From a virus (lineage: Duplodnaviria > Caudoviricetes), in IMG/VR virus record IMGVR_UViG_3300025853_000231, positions 1-39,759 of that record: a stretch of DNA of 39,759 nt; one strand, written 5' to 3'. Position 1 is the stretch's first letter. Every line of letters starts with the position of its first letter. This document shows positions 35,386 to 39,759 of the stretch, piece after piece. The position numbers and the translations under genes were made by a program. The notes under the pieces are model-generated. The model had not been told where the DNA came from and ran no database searches. It saw nothing but the letters and a program-made list of their open reading frames with translations.

Positions 35386-36410
35386 TGATAGAACCCTGCC
35401 TTGACCAGAACTTGGTTCAGCAGTTTGTTGCTGTTGTCCCAGGAGAAGGACATGGCCCTCTCACTGGCTCGCAACGCTTTCTCACACCTCCTCGTTTGAA
35501 AAACCTCTCTCATCCGATCAACCAGAGACTCCTGCTTGGGTTTAGCCCAGAGCCCACCGTTGTCGTAGTGGTCACCAGCAGGGGTCATAACGTAGTCAAC
35601 CGGGTAGCCTATCTCATCGTTAAACCACTCTGTGATGCCACCAAATGGAACGCAGATCACGCTTCTGCCAGTTGCTGCTGCTTCCTGCTGATGCAACCCC
35701 CAGCCCTCACCATAGGAGGCACTGACCAGGCAGTCTAGCCCCTCATACCAAGAAGCTAACTGGGCCCTGGTCCAGAATTCTTTCTTCACCAAGACTCGGT
35801 CGTCGTCTATGTCGATGTCTGGGTCGTCGGGGTGCATTTTAACGAGCAACCTGACGTCCTTGATTCGTTTGGGGAATGCCTTCTTCCAGGCCTCCAGGAC
35901 GTCTCTAAACCCCTTTCTGCACCCTCCAGCAGACGTTCTGCCTGCTGTTCCAAACACAAAGACCTCCTTCTTTATAGGGGGCCTGTAGTGGAACACGCTG
36001 GTGTCAATGCCCAGGGGGACTTTGGTCATTGGCTTCTTAACACCCTGGGCGTTCCAGTGGCCAATGTTCCAGTTACTGGGTGCCACAATCAGGTCTGCTT
36101 GGTTGAGGTTAATGACTCCCTCTTTGTGCAGCCTGGTGGTTTCCCACATAGTGTTATAGACAAGCCTCTTGTTGCCTGTTGGCTTGAAGGACGGACAATG
36201 AATGATCATCTCCCAGTCCTCCTGCTGGTGCTTGTTCACCAGGCTCTCGTAGACAACTTTGGGTATCGGACCCTTGCCTCGTTCTACTGTTATCGGGAAG
36301 AGTGCAACATCTCTCCCCAGGTTGGTCATGCCTTCGACTACTCTAAAGCAGTGAAGACTGTAGCTTGAGTAGCCATCGACTACTCCACGTATCACACACC
36401 GTTTTGCCAT
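35382..36410 (-). CDS. Glycosyltransferase (GT-B, family 4)
   Basis: WET..L, VPLGID..F, RKG and S.GEGWGL...EA.A.G..VI motifs. Confidence 0.9.
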   Translation of the reverse strand: MAKRCVIRGVVDGYSSYSLHCFRVVEGMTNLGRDVALFPITVERGKGPIPKVVYESLVNKHQQEDWEMIIHCPSFKPTGNKRLVYNTMWETTRLHKEGVINLNQADLIVAPSNWNIGHWNAQGVKKPMTKVPLGIDTSVFHYRPPIKKEVFVFGTAGRTSAGGCRKGFRDVLEAWKKAFPKRIKDVRLLVKMHPDDPDIDIDDDRVLVKKEFWTRAQLASWYEGLDCLVSASYGEGWGLHQQEAAATGRSVICVPFGGITEWFNDEIGYPVDYVMTPAGDHYDNGGLWAKPKQESLVDRMREVFQTRRCEKALRASERAMSFSWDNSNKLLNQVLVKAGFYQ

Positions 36411-36416
36411 AAATTT

Positions 36417-36884
36417 TCATCGGTTCAGCTCGTTGAGAATTGCTTGAACCAGTCGCTCAGTGTTGGCCAGTTTTTGTTGGGTCTTGGCCTCCGTCTTAAT
36501 TGCCTGAGCTTTGTTAGGGTCTAGCTTGGCCAGTTCTTCCTTGAACTTTTGGGCAGTAAGAATGCCTGACTTGGCAGCTTCCTTCCATTTGCGTGACCTC
36601 CAGTGAGCCCCTGCTGTGAGCAGGCCGAGTGCTGCTGTAGCTACAGCGCCTGACCAGGGAAATGGCGCAACGTCTCCAGCAACCTGAATGCTGCTTGATA
36701 CCACTGGTCGAATTGTCCAGCCATTTGTGCTTACCACTTCCATCTGGGCCCCTTCAGGGCTGGTGATGATGTTGGTGGAAGTGACCGGGTCGTAGAGTGC
36801 ATTGCCGATAGCCTCTGGCATCTGGCATCCAGACAGGAACCAGGCAGCCGACAGGAGGGCTGCCATTTCAATCGCTTTTTTCAT
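36417..36884 (-). CDS. Lipoprotein with an internal hydrophobic helix (spanin candidate)
   Basis: Signal MKK...FLSGC (lipobox) and later hydrophobic WSGAVATAALGLLTAGA followed by basic residues. Start re-called at 36884. Confidence 0.55.
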   Translation of the reverse strand: MKKAIEMAALLSAAWFLSGCQMPEAIGNALYDPVTSTNIITSPEGAQMEVVSTNGWTIRPVVSSSIQVAGDVAPFPWSGAVATAALGLLTAGAHWRSRKWKEAAKSGILTAQKFKEELAKLDPNKAQAIKTEAKTQQKLANTERLVQAILNELNR

Positions 36885-37065
36885 CGTGCTTTTCGCCTTT
36901 AATAATTTTGGTCCAGACGACCACACACTTACCGAGCATGTAGCCAGCAGTGGCTAGGGCTATGCCAAGCCTGGCCCAGCCTTCCAGGCCTTCTGTCCAG
37001 GACACTGTCCAACCGATTGCCCCAATGCACAGAAATCTGATTGCATCAGTAGCCTCGTTTGCCAC
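36868..37065 (-). CDS. Putative holin
   Basis: 65 aa with two hydrophobic segments and a charged C-terminus. Confidence 0.5.
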   Translation of the reverse strand: MANEATDAIRFLCIGAIGWTVSWTEGLEGWARLGIALATAGYMLGKCVVVWTKIIKGEKHDEKSD

Positions 37066-37098
37066 CCTTCTTTCCCCCTTTTTTAGTTCCCTTGCTCA

Positions 37099-37371
37099 TT
37101 ACCACTTAACCTTGTCGGACCAATATGCTGCTGACATTTTGCCCTTAGAAATGTTTTTGCCGTGGCGGGCTTTAAAACTGGCTCGCCTGGCTTTCTCAGA
37201 CTTGGTCTGAGGGTTTTTACCAGCGCCACTTACACCCTGTTGCCCAAACCTGATCAGCTTAACATTGTCGCCTTCCTTGGCTAAGACTGCGTGAGACTTC
37301 TTTGGATGGCTGGGCGTCCTCTTGGGCTTGTTGTAGCCAGAGAATTTTTCACCTGACCTCTCAACCGTCAT
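37099..37371 (-). CDS. Conserved basic phage protein
   Basis: KLIRFGQQG...RRASFKARH...SAAYWS...W. Start at the ATGA overlap (37371). Confidence 0.75.
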   Translation of the reverse strand: MTVERSGEKFSGYNKPKRTPSHPKKSHAVLAKEGDNVKLIRFGQQGVSGAGKNPQTKSEKARRASFKARHGKNISKGKMSAAYWSDKVKW

Positions 37372-37700
37372 GCCCAAACTCTCCGAGGTGTTGCTGGTGT
37401 TGGTGCGACCAAAAACCCATACAACGGCACAGCGTTCTCGCCATCTAAGCATCGTAGATTTACGTGCCAGCCAGCCTCTGCCACTGGTGCTTCGATCTCG
37501 TTCCCCTCAGCATCCCAGCTTCCCCCAGTGTAGATGACTCCGAGGGTGTCGATGTTTCGGAACTTAGGGCGGTGCTCCCACTCGGTGGCAACAGGCTCGG
37601 CCTCTGGGTCCGAGTTGTCCCAAGCGATGGCGACTTTATCGTAGAGGTTTGCCTTGGCTTCCTCCTCGGAGGCGAACTTAAGCATTAAATCGGTAAACAT
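37368..37700 (-). CDS. Fibre-associated protein
   Basis: IDTLGVIY...GWHVNLR...P.TPRRVWA pattern, following a fibre gene. Confidence 0.65.
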   Translation of the reverse strand: MFTDLMLKFASEEEAKANLYDKVAIAWDNSDPEAEPVATEWEHRPKFRNIDTLGVIYTGGSWDAEGNEIEAPVAEAGWHVNLRCLDGENAVPLYGFLVAPTPATPRRVWA

Positions 37701-37723
37701 ATCAGTTGATTGAGTGTCTGTTG

Positions 37724-39545
37724 TTATGAGGTCAGGGCTTGGAGGTTGGTGTCGCTCAGAGCCTCGTTGTAGAGGGAGAGCCGTTTGACGTGGCCGTTGA
37801 GCTTGTTGCTGACCCCGTTAGTTTGAGCGCCTATATGCAGTGTCGTAAGTTTCCCCGATATAACTGCTGCGTTGTCCGTTGTGACAGTGCCGCCGGACGC
37901 ACAGGTTGACACGTCATTGGTGTCGTAACTCACGGCAAGCGGCAAGCTTCCCAGCGGATGCGCTACTTGTAATTGTTGAACTGACTTGTGCAGAACCATC
38001 GCTCACCGCATAGCAATACCAGTCAGTATTGTCAGTGGATGTATCTGAATTCCTATACACAACCAACCTGTTATTTAAGCTACTGTCACTAATCGTCCAC
38101 GCTCTGGGGTAGCTGCCCTTGCCGCCCTCGGTCTCGCTCACAATTGTGAACGGCCCACCCGTATATCCGATGTCGGCGGTAGCCACAGATAACGACTCAG
38201 CTGCTCTGGTGGCGGTGCTGCCGCTGGTTCCCGTGTCGATGTAACTCGACGCAAACGACTGGTCCTCGGCTTGAGGCATTGCCAGTAGTAGACCGGAGTA
38301 ACCGTCACCGGCATATGCGCTAGTATCGTAGCCTACTCCGTCTGAGTCTGCTGGAATTAAATAAATTCCAGCGACATGTCCGGTGCTGGTTGATGAAAAG
38401 TTGAGCTGGCAACGATGCCAGCCATTCCCAACAGTCTCGATGCTCCCATTGCCGCTTACTTTAGTGCTGGTTGCGAGGTCGAAAACAGCCGACTGGCCCG
38501 TAACGCCAACCTCCCTAATAACTAGCCTACGTGTGTTCCCTAACAGTTTGGCGTAGACCGATATAGTTACATTGCCGCCACCGGCAGTGTAACCCCTTAA
38601 CAACCGTTTTTGATTGCTATTCGTTTCCTCCCGAAAAGCAAATGCGCTTAACGTACCGTCTGGGCCGACAGCGGCAAGCTCTCTGGTCAAGTTGTCAATT
38701 AGCCACGAACCTCCAAAATCAGCCGAATTTGTTAGGAGGTTGGTTGACTGACTTTCAATGAGGATGCCCATAGATTGCCCATCTGTTGAGTGGTCAAACC
38801 TCCCGATGTTGTTTGATTTGCTTACCAAACTAGGGGCATACTGCCTGTGTATAGATGTTGTGGTGGCGTTGTAGTCCGTAGCGCCAGTGGTTGATAGGCT
38901 GGCAAATGCGATGTCGATGGAGCTGGAGCCATCGCCAGCATACGCATAACTTCCGTAGCTTGTCAGTGTGGGCGACGATGAATTGACTAAGCTGATGCGA
39001 GCGTCAACCGGGCTTCCCGTGGCTTTTAAAACACATTTGTAATAACCGTTACTGCTAGCTGTCTGGGTCGCAGACACTGAGCTGAACGATGAGGAGCTTC
39101 CAGACGACATCACAGGTGAACCGCCAGCTAGGTCGAATGTCGCCGCCTCATAGTTGTTGTTGCCTGTAACCAACGCCAACGTCAAGTAGCGTGTCCCTGT
39201 GTTTTGTTTTGCGTAAAACACTAGCCCATAGTCAGAGGAGCCGCTGGAAATTGATTGAATCAATCGGTGATAGCTAGTTGTCGCAGCTTCCTCAATTGTC
39301 CAACCGTTTGTTCCCCCCGCTGGGTCTGTTTGGCTACCAGTGAGTCCTAGGAATTCGACGGTCCAACTCGTGTCAAAATCACTCGACTGGAGGAACAGGT
39401 TCTCCGAACTTAGGTGTTTGGAACCGTCCCACACGTTGGCATTACTGGCTCTGGTGAACGTCATCCGTGGGTCCAGCCTACCCGCATTAGCTGCGTCTAA
39501 GCTGAATATTGGGCGTTGGGCGGGAAATGAATCTGAGTAGCTCAT
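37724..39545 (-). pseudogene. Fibre/spike protein with lectin-like domains, frameshifted by a 7-bp tandem duplication
   Basis: Two ORFs (37914..39545 and 37724..37999) join into one 604-aa frame if one CGGCAAG copy (37933-37946) is removed. TFTRAS, GILIE.Q.TNLL, GWHRC and SSYI.T....TRAA motifs. Confidence 0.7.
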
Positions 39546-39556
39546 GCCAGCCTCCG

Positions 39557-39759
39557 TTATTCAGTTGGGGTTTCGGTAGCGTCTGATTCTGGCTCAGTTG
39601 CCACTGGCTCGGCTGGCAGCGATGCTTGATAAGCTGCTATCACATCGTCTGTCCAGACTGCTGCTGCGATGTCTTTAACTCGGTCAGCCTGACCAGTGAG
39701 GTCATCGCCGGGGTTTAGAACGTGGCGATGGAAGCTGGCAGCAATTTCCTGACCGTCTT
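39557..39759 (-). CDS. Partial small fibre-associated protein (5' end outside the window)
   Basis: ...DGQEIAASFHRHVLNPGDDLTGQADRVKDIAAAVWTDDVIAAYQA...; stop at 39557-39559. Confidence 0.7.
   Translation of the reverse strand, partial: DGQEIAASFHRHVLNPGDDLTGQADRVKDIAAAVWTDDVIAAYQASLPAEPVATEPESDATETPTE

Noticed and set aside
37914-37999. Programmed ribosomal frameshift
   Set aside because: No slippery heptamer at the junction. The exact 7-bp duplication fully explains the frame change.
37724-39545. Diversity-generating retroelement or invertase-driven fibre switching
   Set aside because: No reverse transcriptase, no template/variable repeat pair and no invertase seen.

Overview
Near-complete (~39.8 kb) genome of a temperate, podovirus-like tailed dsDNA phage. 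Almost all genes are on the minus strand. It has a packaging/head module (probable TerS, TerL, portal, scaffold, major capsid), a short-tail module (adaptor, nozzle, several fibres, ejection proteins) and a 2717-aa polyvalent protein. There is a lambda-style replication module (HTH initiator containing its own iteron origin, DnaB helicase; no DNA or RNA polymerase seen), recombination genes and a dNMP kinase. A central lysogeny/accessory island holds two antisense-overlapping ribbon-helix-helix-like genes, an attP matching the 3' part of tRNA-Ala(GGC) lying on the start of the integrase ORF, a radical SAM enzyme with its SPASM-like domain at the N-terminus, a glycosyltransferase and a probable small structured RNA. 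A 13-bp pseudo-palindrome (GGTGTCAGTCACC) occurs in 8 exact and several variant copies at gene starts and promoters across the genome, suggesting one genome-wide operator system. The two window ends appear adjacent on a circular map with a short piece missing. A Verrucomicrobiota-like host is only an inference from the integrase's style. All family calls are by-eye motif recognition, not database searches.
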